A DNA stretch of 64,000 nucleotides, from NCBI GenBank assembly GCA_964106915.2, contig OZ066926.1; one strand, written 5' to 3'. Position 1 is the stretch's first letter; each line of letters starts with the position of its first letter. Below, piece by piece: positions 49,053-61,699 of the stretch. A program made the translations under genes and the position numbers. The stretch is from Podarcis gaigeae (taxonomy: Eukaryota). Under the pieces are notes generated by a model. That model had not been told where the DNA came from, searched no databases, and saw only the letters and a list, made by a program, of their open reading frames with translations.

Positions 49053-49980
49053 CATTAGGGGCAACATGTCATGGGGCTGGGGGCACATGCGGCTCGTGGG
49101 CCACAGGTTGCCCACCTGTGCTTTAAAAGCGTTGTTTTAAAAATAACCGAGGAATGTATGAGGAATCAGACTATGCAAATGCTGGCTGTTTTTGCTTTGC
49201 GGTGCCAGTCAGAAAGACAGTCATTTCCCCCCCAGCTGCCAGAACAAATTAAAATTTGGACATAATGAAATGTGAGAGTGAGTGAGTGTAAAGTGGTGGT
49301 GAGGATTCAATTAGGAAGCCGGGAGGCGTTTCTCTGCTGGCTTTGTTCTTCTCCAGGCTGGTCTTCAAAGACCCCTGACCTCTTATTCCGCAGACAAACG
49401 CCAGCTGGATTGTGCTTGTTTTGTTGCTAAAGCCCTGCCGTTTCATTTAATATGGATGAGGCTGCCGGCTCTTCTCTGGCTGCGTGCGGCGGCTCAGCTG
49501 ACAGACAGGCAAGGCTCAGAACAGAAGAAGGATGTGGCGAGATAGAGAGGTAGGGGCTGGCAAGGGGAATGAAGATTGACGGAAAGCAACATGGAAGGGG
49601 CACCGAGGGAAAAGATAAATACAGACATCAAGGCAGCAGGAGTGGCAACAGAGAGACTGACAGATGAAAGGAGGAGAAAGACAGGTAGACAGTGGGAATG
49701 GAAACAAGAGGCCAAATATTGGGGGATGGAAGGGAATTGCAATGGCCAGCCCTGTGCAGGATTAGACAACGTTTCAGGTTTTTATGTCAGAACTAAGGCC
49801 TGGACTGGGTGAAGTAACAGAACAACGCAGTACCGCTAAGCATGCGCAGAATGCAATTTCCCTTGCCAATGGGTTGCCAGCTTCTGGGATAAGAATGAAG
49901 CTACCAGCTCCAAGCTAAAATGAGCTCACTCTTCATTTATAGAGAGGCAGGGGCGTTGTAGGCACAGAACAGGCAGCCAC

Positions 49981-50480
49981 ATGGCGTTCAGCTCATCGGG
50001 AGTTCTCTTGCACAAACCCCGATGCAACGATCCTATTAATCCCAAGGAGGTTGGTGCAGGAGGCCTTCCCCATGGAATTATACACTGTGAGTGCAGGGAC
50101 CCTCCCCTCTCCTGTTCTGTTTCCCTTAAAAGCAGCTTTGGCTGCCTCGGTTCAACAGCAACAGCTGCAAGGCGCAGCCCTGGTGTGCAAACCATTGCCA
50201 TGCTAATTAGAGGATTGCGCTGGTGGAAGGTGAAGAAAAAACCTGGACCAAGATGGTGAAGATGTGAAGAGCCAAAAGCTTCCAGCGGAATGGGGTGTAA
50301 TCATGTTGGGCGCACAGGCAAAGGCCATGGCCACATAGTGCATCCAGTGCGCTCCCACTGCTATTTCGTTGTAGGGGTGGCAAAAATCCAAAGGCCATGC
50401 GTGTCGGGTGAAGACATCCTTACTCTTACTCTCTCTCTCTCTCTCTCTGATGTGAGCAACTCTGTGCAAAACTCAAGTTT
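49981..50480 (+). pseudogene. Decayed protocadherin-like repeats
   Basis: SSGVLLHKP..RDPPLSCSVSLK; CYFVVGVAKIQRPCVSGEDILTLTL..SDVSNS. Confidence 0.45.
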
Positions 50481-50869
50481 TAAATGCAGCAAAGGGGGTG
50501 GGAGGAAACGACCTTGCTGCATATTAAGCTGCTCATGTGAACACGACAGCAATCTCACAGAGCCCAAGCACTGACGGGACTCGCTCCCAAGTAACAGTAT
50601 GCAGGATTGCAGCTTTAAGCTGCCGCAAGACTATACACCTGGCTTCCTCAACCTGGTGCCCTCCAGGTGTTTTTGACTGTAACTCCCATCATCCCTGAAA
50701 ATGGGCCATGCGGTCTGAGGCTGATGGGCTACCAATACAGCTGGCGGGCACCTGGTTGGGCAAGGCTGCCATGCACACTTGACCTGGGAGCTTAACTTCT
50801 GTAAATAAACCTGTACAGTATTTCACTATTAGGCTTTTAAGCCTGTCCACGTACATATCAACAAAAGAA

Positions 50870-51095
50870 AGCCAGTGTCGTGTAGGGGTTCAAGTGGTTC
50901 AGACTTGGACCTGGGAGACCAGGGTTCAAATACCCTATACTCAGCCGTGAAGCTCACTGGTTGACCTTGCCCCAGTCCCTGCCTCTCAGCCTAGGCTACC
51001 TCACAGGGTTGTTGTGGGGATCAAATGAGGGGGGAGAACCAGGTAGGCCACTTTGAGTACCTTGGAGGAAAAGGGATATGAATGCAATAAATGAA
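50870..51095 (+). mobile_element. MIR/CORE-like SINE (related copies about 8000-8210 minus, 36110-36335 plus, 54720-54870 minus)
   Basis: GGAGACCAGGGTTCAAAT B-box, CTCAGCCTA..CTACCTCACAGGGTTGTTGTG core. Confidence 0.7.
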
Positions 51096-51585
51096 TGACT
51101 GAGGAGTTAGACTGATATTATATTTGGATGTGTTAATATATATGAATATTTGCAAATTTAGAAATTACTGTAATTTAAGCAGAAATACACCCTGGTGAGG
51201 AAGACTTTGACCAGGCGACCTGCTCAGCCTATTTTTCAGGGGCTACATGTTGATGGGCAACTTCAAGCCCTCGCCCCCCCTCCTTAGGGTTCTTTATCTT
51301 TAAAGCGGACTTGGACCGCAACAGACACTTCCTCAAACAGAGGACTGCCCTCAGGCAGACCACCAAATAAAGGACTGACCCCTGTAAAGCAGGACACATA
51401 GTCATGCTAACACTTACTAGGGAGTAAACCCCACTGCCAGCCATGCCATGGAATTAAACAGAGTCAGTGGACTTATGTAATAGGGAGCCCTGAGCAAGGG
51501 CAAAATCCCTCTCCCCATTTCCTCCCCAATAATTCCTTTGGGTACAGTTGCTTTTCATGGATTTTCTCAGTAACTACCTGCATAA

Positions 51586-51890
51586 GGCTGGCTGATCAAA
51601 AGGTCAGCAGTTCGAATCCCCGCGATGGGGTGAGCTCCTGCCCACCTAGCAGTTCGAAAGCACGTCAAGTGCAAGTAGATAAATAGGTACCTCTCCAGCA
51701 GTAAGGTAAACTGCATTTCTGTGCACTGCTCTGGTTCGCCAGAAGCAGCTTAGTCATGCTGGCCACATGACCCGGAAGCTGTCTGCCGACAAACGCCGGC
51801 TCCCTCAGCCTATCGTGTGAGATGAGTGTGCAACCCCAGAGTCGTCCGCGACAAGCGACTGGACCTAACGGTCAGGGGTACCTTTACCTT
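51586..51890 (+). mobile_element. Sauria SINE, 5'-truncated
   Basis: Same core; TSD TACCTGCATAA. Confidence 0.88.
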
Positions 51891-54800
51891 TACCTGCATA
51901 AATATAGGTTTTTTTTTTTAAATTTTGCATCCCCTCGGCTTGCCATCCTGTATGGGGGAACCGCTCACACTGCCCTAAATCCAGCACTGCAGGAGTTTTG
52001 GGATAGAATCGGAGGGTGGCTGCGACTCCAGATCCCTTCACTGGCGTAGTGGCATCTTCAGCATATATAATGCAGGGCTGGCTGGTGTTTTTTGTTTCCT
52101 CTTCCGTTGCAGAAGCAAAAGGGAAATAAACTGGGTCACGGAGCTCGAATCTTTTGCTGAGGAAGCATCCCAAACATCACTGCAGAGACCTCGTGGCTCC
52201 TCCCCCTCTTCCCAGCCAGGGCAGGTGTGGCCGGGTATAAAAAGCTCCCAGCATCTGCTATATTTAGCTGCTGATTGTCATGCATGGATTTATTGTCCGC
52301 CGCCGCTACAAAGCTGCAATGCAGCTAATTCTAGGATGTGTGCATGGAAGAGCATTTGTGCATCCACACAAAAGGCCAGGAAGGGTACAGAATAAAAGAA
52401 AGCCCACCTGCAGCCACCTGAGCCTCGAGGAGATGAAGAGCTACACATTGATTTAGACCACAAACAGATACATACCCAGCTCCCCAATCTATAGGATGTT
52501 TTCTCTTTGCTAACTCGGCATGCTATCTTTAGGGCTCTGTATTTTGTGTGGTTGTGGGTTGCCCTGCTTCTCGAAGGTGGCTGTGTTTCAGCTGGTGTGG
52601 GTAGAGGATCAGGGCTACTTAGAGAGGTGGGGACATCATGACCCGTTAGGGATAAATGATGAGAAACAATTATTCTAAAGTTGAGTTCATCTGGGATTAC
52701 AAGTGGGAAAAGGACCGTGGCACTCATACCTTGCTTATTAATGGGCTTCCCATAGGCATCTGGTACCAGCACCCCCTCCAACATGTCCAGGCCCCAAACT
52801 GGGATGCACGTCTTCTGGACCACACTCCCAGGTGAGTCATGTGATACGTGTGAGAGCATATAGCCCCCAAAACATACGTTTTGTGCTTTTGCGGTGCTAG
52901 AAAAAACACACATTTTGGGTGCCTATTGAGATCAAGCAGGCCCCTTCACTCTGCTCTTTTGGGCGCCTGTTAAAAACATTCATGTTTAGACCAGCCTACC
53001 CAGATGCTTAGAAAGCTGAGGTAATTTTAATCTGTTCTGGTTATTTTAACTTTTTCATGTTTTAAAGAAGGGTTGCAATTTCTTCTTGTTGTTGATTTTA
53101 CTGTTTTACCTTTTGTAAACCACTTTGAGGGGTTTTTAAATGATCAAGCAGCGTATAAATTTTATGAAATAAACGAGTAACTAGAAGGGCTTTTGGCACA
53201 TCCAAGTGCTAATGTGGGGCCAATGGCTAGCTCCATGATATCAAGGTATTACAAATATAAAATATATAAAATAACAGGATGTGAGGAAATGTGTATACAG
53301 TGCTGCTTGTAGTGGTGTCCACATACTTAATGTTAATGGGCAGCTTCAGACCAAAATGGCCACACTTTCCAGTGCCAACGGAAACAAAACTAAGCCAGTT
53401 TTGAGGTACATGCAAACACCTAGTTGGCAGAACATGGGTCCATTTGTGCAGGATTTGCACGTCACTTGGGCAGGCTTTCAGCTTGCAAATGCTTTCAAGA
53501 GGAATGATCAAAGAAAGCAGGAAGAAGAAGAGAAGTTTGAGCCTTCAGTCATTGTCACTATCGCCCCCAGCAGAGGTGCCCAGAGAAGGTGGAAATATCC
53601 TGAAACACCTGAACTCTGTTCCCTCCGTTAAACGCAGCCTCATTAGTGAAGACACGGGTAGCCCAGCTGGGCCCTGCCATTTCTTATTATCTCCCCGCCT
53701 GTGTTTCCGAACCTAAGCGGCAAGGAGTTAATGGTGTGAAGCAGCCCTTTCTGCTTGTCTCTCTTCGCTGATTGCCTTCCGTTCTCTTCTTTGAATCGAG
53801 TGGGTGGAGGAGAGACTTGTTCAGGATTTGTTTTTAAATGTCCTTCACGAGGCCTGCCCCCACTTCCCTTACTGTTTCCAGAACTTCTTGATGCTTTAAA
53901 GTGCTTTCAATAGGTTTTCGTTTAAATTTTAATTGTGTTGCATTCCTACTTTGTCCATACTGCTCAACAGTCCTGTCTTAAGCGGGGCATCCCGGGATTA
54001 CAGAAGCCAATCCCGGCTTCCGATTGGATTCCAGAATGTCCCATTTTGTGGTCTGATGATCTGGCACAAGTCAGCGCAAGAGGCAGGAGGGCCAGACTGG
54101 CTCCTTTCTTGCTCTGGTGTGAAAGCATCTTTCGGTCTTGCACTCGCTCTTACATGCGCATGAGCTCCCGGGACCAAAAATGGAGCGTCCTCTTTTTGAC
54201 CCCCAAGGATGATCAAATCAATTTGATTGATTTGACCCCCAAGGATGTTGGAGGTTATGAGATCTTTTATTTACTCATTGCACCTTTTCCTCCAAGAAAC
54301 TCAAGTGTCAGAACTGCCAGCAGCTTTGAGTTGTGGGTGCTCAGTGGAGATAACAGTCTGGGAATCCAGCCATATATTACAGATCTTTATTGCTTCTCAG
54401 CATATTTACAAGCAGTTCAAAAAGCGACCCGATCATCCTGGAAAGTTGTTCCGACTGGCGTCTTTGGGGTGGGGCCAGCATAGCCACCGTCTCAGCCCTA
54501 CCCCTCTCCTTCCTCTGTGACGAGAGGCACTTGCTCTCGGAAGTGCCTTCTCCCTCTCAAAATCACTCCCCTCTGACCCCCCTTCGTCCTCCCTTTCCTC
54601 TGAGGACGAAAAGCTGCTAATCAAAGGGGATTTCTCCCGATAGCCTCCTATGCTTTCCTCCCTCTCGGTCTCCAGTTCCCTGACATCAAGTGGGCATACG
54701 TACCTAGTTCTCCCCCTCCTCATTTAATCCCCACAACAACCCTACGAAGTGGGTTATGCTAGGAGGCAGTTGGCTGGCCTACGTTTACCCAGCGAGCTTC

Positions 54801-55729
54801 ACAGCCTAGTGGGGATTTGAACCCTTGTCTCCCAGATCCTAGCCTGACACTCAAACCACTACACTGTGCTGCTTCTCAGGTTTTTTTTTTCAGGACCCAC
54901 CTTATTCTTGTGGCTGTGTTTTGTTTTCACTGTTTTAATATTGAATTTTAAATGGTTCTAGCTTGCCCTGGGACCTCCTGGTGAAGGGCAGGGGCAGGTA
55001 GTAAACTGGACCGAATGAATCAACTAAATAAATAAAATCCAGGCCCGTGTTTTGACCTTCTGGCACGGGGGATTGGTAGATAATGTCAAAAGATTTCATA
55101 GTTGAAGCAAAAGTTGAACCAATAACTTTCCAGCCCCCACACTCTCAGACATGTCTCAACATTGCACATCTCCCTACCATCCATAATAAGTTACGCTTAT
55201 GGTGCTTCCATCAAATTTCTAAGACTGTGACATTTTCATTTTTCTCATGCCCTGCTCTGGAAAAAGAAGTCATCTTTGCTGAATTTTCTCCAATTATTTT
55301 TCTGGAAGTTGTCATTCCACACACACACCCAACACCCCCTCTTAAAAACCCAGGGCGATGCTAAGTCATTGCAGAGGGTGCAAAACGGTAGCCAGGCTGC
55401 CAGCAGAGTTGCTGGTGGTGCCATTTGCCACAGCAGCCTTCCCCCCCCAAAAAAAAACTCTTAAGGGGGAAAAAGAAAGGTGCTGTGTTACTGCTATTGC
55501 TAATGAAAAGCCCCACCCCTGAGCAAGTGCTAGAGAATTTTTCTTAACTCTGCAGTAAGTTGGTGAAACACTCCCCTGCCCTCACCCCTATTTCTCAGTC
55601 CACAAGATGGGCAGAGAATTTTGAGAGCAGAGCAGGAGTCAAAGGTGTGACACTCTGGGCACTTCAGCAAAAACTGTCCCACTAGTGGTTACCTTAATTA
55701 GTAAGTAATCCTCCCCAAATCCTGTTGTA

Positions 55730-55970
55730 AAGGTAAAGGGACCCCTGACCATCAGGTCCAGTCGTGACTGACTCTGGGGTTGCGGCGCTCATCTCACTTT
55801 ATTGGCCAAGGGAGCCGGCGTACAGCTTCCAGGTCAGGTGGCCAGCATAACTAAGCCACTTCTGGCGAACCAGAGCAGCGCACAGAAACGCCATTTACCT
55901 TCCCGCCAGGTCAGTACCTATTTATCTACTTGCACTTTGATGTGCTTTCGAACTGCTAGGTTGGCAGGAG
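55730..55970 (-). mobile_element. Sauria SINE, 5'-truncated
   Basis: Same core; TSD AATCCTG(T/G)TGTA. Confidence 0.88.
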
Positions 55971-56964
55971 AATCCTGGTGTAGTGCTAAGCTAAAGGACC
56001 CAATGGGGCTTACATCTGAGAAAAGAGGCATAGGATTCCACTGTGGGTTACGAAGTCCCTAGTCCAAATCTGACACTCTTTTTATGTACATGGCCAATCA
56101 GAGGAAGGCAATATTTGGCCTGCATCCCAAATTTAGAGGCATTCAATAAGTTTTGCAACTTGTTTTGATGCGCACAACTGGACAAAAATGTGGCACTCTC
56201 CCTCAGATTAGAGCTGCCAATTCAGGCAAGCGAGAGATGCGATCTGGTAAAAGGCTTTGTTGTTGTTGATAACTGATGGAAATTCTGCCACATTAAAGGG
56301 TTAGAAATGTTCATAAATATTAATTAAAAACTATCAGTTCTGGTGGCGTAACTTTAGACTATGATGAACCTGTCCTCTTACATCAGCTGATTACATAAAC
56401 CGCTCGTTCTTTTTTGGGGGAGGTTCTTTTCTTCTTTTCGTGAGTTGTCAATTTTTAATTATGGCTAGTGGGCTTCAGAAGCTGGATGTGTCTGAGCCTC
56501 TCTGGACTTACTAGGTGGCCTTAAGGAAGCAACTAGCCTCAGCCCACCCCAAACCCTGCCATATGGGACATAACAGTACTGGTTTATCTGTGGAAGGATT
56601 ACAGCACAAGGAACATGTATGAAGCACTTTGAACACTCAGGTGTTCAACTTGTCACCAACTTGGTGCCCTCCAGATGGTCTGGACTAGATCTCCCTTCAG
56701 CTGCAGCCAGTGCACCTGGAGGGCGCCAGGTTGGCAATTCTGCCCCCTATGACATTAAGTATTTTTTGTTGCAGTTGCTTCCTTGTGCTGCAGGGGGTGC
56801 TGTGATCCTTTCACGGCCAGACTGAATTAGGACCTGCAGGGTAAAGTAAAGTAAAGTAAAGGCCAGATGTTTCTTTCAACAACCCAAGCCCAGGTGGCGA
56901 GCCCTCTTTTAACTCCAGGGAGCCTGCAGTGATGAGAGTTAACAAAAGAACAGTGCACAGTTGC

Positions 56965-57400
56965 CCCCAAACCCCAGCCATGCAGGAATAGGCAAGCAAG
57001 CTGTCCCATGTGGGGATTGAACCTGCAACCCTGGTGTTATTAGCACCATACTCTAACCCAGGGGTAGGCAAACTAAGGCCCGGGAGCCGGATCTGGCCCA
57101 ATTGCCTTCTAAAACCAGCCCACGGACGGTCCGGGAATCAGCATGTTTTACATGACTGGAATGTGTCCTTTTATTTAAAATGCATCTCTGGGTTATTTGT
57201 GGGGCCTGCCTGGTGTTTTTACATGAGCAGAATGTGTGCTTTTATTTAAAATGCATCTCTGGGATATTTGTGGGGCACAGGAATTCGTTCATTCCCCCCC
57301 CTCCAAAATATAGCCCAGCCCCCCATTAGGACTGAGGGACAGTGGACTGGACCCCTGCTGAAAAAGTTTGCTGACCCCTGCTCTAACCGACTGAACTATC
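56965..57400 (-). mobile_element. tRNA-Ile(AAT)-like SINE interrupted by a hAT MITE
   Basis: Rejoined reverse complement GATAGTTCAGTCGGTTAGAGTATGGTGCTAATAACACCAGGGTTGCAGGTTCAATCCCC resembles tRNA-Ile-AAT. Confidence 0.75.
57059..57380 (-). mobile_element. hAT MITE family D, internally duplicated variant
   Basis: Perfect 8-bp TSD CTCTAACC. Confidence 0.9.
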
Positions 57401-57409
57401 AAACAGCCA

Positions 57410-57670
57410 TGGCTTCCGCACAACAGAATCCTGGGAGGAGTTGCAGTTTGTTAAAGGAGGGTGAGAGTTGTTAGGAGACCCCTTTTGCCCTCACAGAGCT
57501 ACAGTTCCCCAAGTTCCCAGGGAAGAGGGACTGACTGTTAAACCACCCTGAGAACTGTAGCTCTGTGAGAGGATTAGGTGTCTCTTAACAACTCTCAGCA
57601 CCTTTTAACAAACTACAATTCCCAGGATTCTTTTGGGGAAGCGGGAAGCAGTGTCTATTTAAAGCGGTAT
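57410..57670. mobile_element. Palindromic MITE
   Basis: Long inverted arms GAATCCTGGGA..GTTTGTTAAAGG..CTCACAGAGCTACAGTT. Confidence 0.65.
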
Positions 57671-60181
57671 GACAGGGCCCCATCTGCAGTAGATATCTAA
57701 AAGAACTAACTACAGTAGGGCCAGAGGTTCCCCATTTCTGGACCAGACAGCTAGAGAGGCCAGTGGCCTGACTCAAGGTAAGGCTGCGTCTGGTGTCTAA
57801 TATCCCCACCTTCATCCTCCATAGTCTGCGATGGCTTGGCTTGAGCCAGAGGATGGGACAAGGGCATTTGGGGAGCCATTTGAACTTGAATAATTCTAGG
57901 AACAAAGGATGGGTTCCAATAAGCGCCAGCGATTTTTGGTGGGGGAGAACCAATAATAGGTGTTCGGCAGCTAATATGGATTAATGAATCCGCAGCAGAA
58001 GAAGGATGTGGTGACAAACATTTGCAGCGTTTCTAATCACGGGGAAATTAGAAACACAAATCATGCCGGAAACAATGGGACAAGCTGGTCCTGAGTCGGC
58101 AAACTTCATTCCCTTTGATTTGAATGGGATTTGTGCACGATAGGATCTCTTGCATTCTTTCCCCCCTTTAAGAAGCGGGGTGTCTTGCTTACTATACGAC
58201 GCTTTTGTTCAGGGTTAGTAAAGTGTTAACTCTGAAAGGAAAACACATAGAAGGGGAGGATTTTTCTATCTGTCTGTCTATCTGTAAAATCCTCCTACTT
58301 CCCAAACATGCTGGATGGGAGTTGGAAGTTTTACTAGCATTGTGCGTGCAACAGTGTTTACTAGAAACAGGTGGGAAGACTCGGGGCATGTGTATATAGA
58401 AAACAGCAGTGGAGAATAATTGCCGCCTATGCTCCCGTGGCCTGTGATAGCTGCCTCACCTTTCTTCTACCTACAGTTGCTGATTATTGGTTCCACACAT
58501 TCTGATACCAGGAGAGATCCAGGAGGGAGGAGGAGGAGTTTGGGAAATGTCAGGGGAGTGGGTGTGAGAGAGAAAGCCCCAGGGCTGTCCTTGCCCTGAC
58601 ATGCTGCTCAGCCACAACCTGCCAGCAGGCCGTGAAGGAACCTCAAAGACAGCCGTATTGCAGCCTTACATGCAGCAGTGTGCCAAATTGTCCACTGGGG
58701 TTGAGCTGACCAACTTGGTGCTTCAGTGATGGCGACACTGGTCCCCCCCCCCCACTTTTTAAAAAAGTGTTAATTCAAAAACCAGGACCAAATTTCTGGC
58801 TTTGCATGAAAAAGTCTTGGTAGCTGACCCAGACATCAAGAGACTAGCAGGGCTGTTTGCTATTGACGTTGATTTAGCACCCGAGTTGCCATTATTCCAG
58901 ACGTTTCACGGGAAGCTGCCAAAAAAAGGAGGAAATTTGGGGTGCCTCCAGTCCAAGACTGTTATTTATTTATTTTGTTCTTCATTTCAACAGTTGTGTG
59001 CCACCTTTCAGGGCTAACTCTCAATAATAATAATAATAATAAGGAGAAGGGGGCAGCTTTTGCAAATGTGCAGAATTCCTTTATTGCACCAGTGTATACA
59101 ACACCTCTGTTTTTCAGATTTCTAGACTGGAGGCTGTGATGGCCAAACAAATAAGAGTCTCGGAATTTTAGAGCTCGGTAATTATGCAACTCCCCAGCAC
59201 CTTAAGATCCCACTTCCAGCCTGGAAGAGTCAGGAACTCTGAATCCTTGGCGTGAACGCAAAATCCAGGACATCTGAAGTTCTGTTTGGGATCCCCAGAT
59301 GCCAGAAGGATAACAAGTGCTAACATGCTTATGTTCCAGGGAATGGAGAGAAAGAGAAAGCCCCGTCACCCATTCAAAATAACATGTGGGAATAAAACAT
59401 GTATATGGGGCGTGCATGTGTGAACCCTAGGCATATCCAGGAAGCAATCTTTGGCAATGAGTGGGAAGTCTACAGGGGAACTTCTTGATGCTTTCACTTG
59501 ATGCACTAAATTCTCTCTCTCTCTCTCTGGTTGGTCAACACGTGATGTTTCCAGAAAGTGCACTTTGCACGTCTAATGGAACAATTTAGAAACAAATGGG
59601 AATCTAAGCAAACGACGAGGCCTCGTTTGTTCATTCATTTTCATTAGCACAAATGCATGGGAATCTGAGCTGATGGAAATGAAAAAAAAAACCCAGTTCA
59701 TTTGTTTGTTCATTCACTTTTAGCTGTTTTGCATCGGAGGCATTGTTTTGCACTGATGAACCGGACTAGAACACTATGTGCAGTTCACAGGAAGGTCACA
59801 GGGAGGGAGAGGAAGAGAGAGAGAATAGTGAAAAAGGAGAGGGGAAAGCTTTTATTTTTTTAGAAGAACCTCCACAGGTCACAGAAAGGTTATACAGGGT
59901 GTGGGGAAAGACAACTGCGAAGCTGAGGGTTTAGATCAAGGATATGCAACCTCCAGATGTTGGGGAACCTTCGCCATTAGACAGAAGAAGCAGAGGGCCC
60001 TTTTGCTAGGTTGCCAGCCCGGTCCACTTTTGCGCTGGCTTCTGATGCAGGGAAAGCACTCTCTCTCTGGACAGTGCGGAAGCCGCAGCAGCAGGAACAG
60101 GGAACTCTGCGTTGCAAACCCAGTTGCCAACCAGTTGTGCGCTGGGGAAGGGACTCCACAGCATGGAAGTACAGTGGGTGT

Positions 60182-60618
60182 CAGGGCCGGATTTAGGTTT
60201 GATGAGGCCCTAAGGTCCTTTATATGTCCAGCTGTCCTTTGTCAACAACAAATTGCTGCTGTTTTTTGTGTTGAATATATACTATATGGTAATTTATAGA
60301 CCTAATAGGTATCTAAAGCCATTTGCACATGTTGCCATGCAACCAGTCCATGCAGAATGTAGCCACCCTGTATATAGAAATGAGCAAACCAGTGATATTT
60401 TAGGGAGCAGGCTAGCAGGCGGGGCCCATTACTTACATCATAGGAATCTGCACAACACAAAACACTGTTGCTGTATGTAGGTTTTATTTTATTTGTTTTT
60501 TATCTTATATTTTGGAAATGTACACCCAGTTTTTTACCCTTTAATTTTTTGGGGGGCCCCCCAAGAGAGTGAGGCCCTAAGCTATAACTTGTTTAGCTTA
60601 TATGTAAATCCAGCACTG
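60182..60618. mobile_element. hAT (Tip100-like) non-autonomous element
   Basis: 14-bp imperfect TIR CAG(G/T)GC(C/T)GGATTTA; perfect 8-bp TSD GTGGGTGT. Confidence 0.88.
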
Positions 60619-60795
60619 GTGGGTGTACCTGTGTGAGTGCACACATGTGGGGTGTGTGAGTGAGAGAGAACGGGTGGGTGGGTGGGTGTGTATGTTTGAA
60701 TACCTTTGTTTAATTAAACAATCTATGGCCTTTTAAACGGTGGGAGGGTGGAATTGTTATGGTGTGTTGTTATGCTCTGCGTTTTTGTGTTTTTA

Positions 60796-61197
60796 CAGGC
60801 GTCTTATGCTCCCGGGTACATATAAGTGAAATCACACATAGTAGGGAACACAACCTAAAAAGCCTGCAAACACCCTCTAAATCTCTGGAAACCCCTGTAA
60901 AACCCTTTTAGAAAACCAGCAGCACTTACCAGACTGGCATGAATAGCGGCAATGCTGGCTCTCGGCCTTCCTTGTAGCTGAGGATGGCGTGGAAACAATG
61001 ACAAGGGTGTCACCACATAGGCCTTGAAGGTTGATGCAAAGGCTTGCTAGCCATTTCCCTGCTCTTTTCGCAACGTTTTCTGCAGTTTCCCTGCTCTTTT
61101 CGGGCTCTTTTTTGTGGTTTAACTCGATTTATTTAATAATTTCCCGGTGCCACATGGACACGTGGTCGAGCACGAGTCAAATCCGTGGAGACGCCTG
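60796..61197. mobile_element. Mariner-like non-autonomous element inserted in a LINE 3' tail
   Basis: TA-CAGGCGTCT ... AGACGCCTG-TA; flanks rejoin into TTTTTA|TTGTAAGCC...AATAAATAAATA. Confidence 0.7.
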
Positions 61198-61292
61198 TAT
61201 ATTGTAAGCCTCCTTGTGATGGTTGTATGAAAAACGGTATAGAAATTTAATAAATAAATAAAAAAAAAAGAAAGAAATGTGGTATGTGTGTA

Positions 61293-61523
61293 CAGTGGTA
61301 CCTCAGGTTACAGACACTTCAGGCTACAGACGCTTCAGGTTACAGAATCTGCTAATCCAGAAATAGTACCTCAGGTTAAGAACTTTGCTTCAGGATGAGA
61401 ACAGAAATTGTGCGGCGGCGGCAGGAGGCCGCATTAGCTAAAGTGGTACCTCTGGTTAAGAACAGTTTCAGGTTAAGAATGGACCTCCAGAACGAATTAA
61501 ATTCTTAACCCGAGGTACCACTG
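61293..61523. mobile_element. Mariner MITE family A
   Basis: TIRs and TA TSD. Confidence 0.88.
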
Positions 61524-61699
61524 TATTTTTGTGTGTGAGAGAGAGAGAATGAGGGTGTGACTGTATATTGTGTGTGCACTTTGTTTCCACCCTTTTAAGT
61601 TTTTGGAGGCCCACCCACTGCTAGAATGTGGCCCTTGGAGAACGCTCCCCAGCTCTGGTTCGTATAATGTAGTTCAGACAGCAGCTAGGCTATGTCTGA

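Noticed and set aside
52290-52913. 207-aa minus-strand ORF with cadherin-like words (VSHDSPGSVV, HHLSLTGHD....LSS)
   Set aside because: The + strand here also gives cadherin-like words, so the strand cannot be called. Kept as a warning that matching by eye is permissive.
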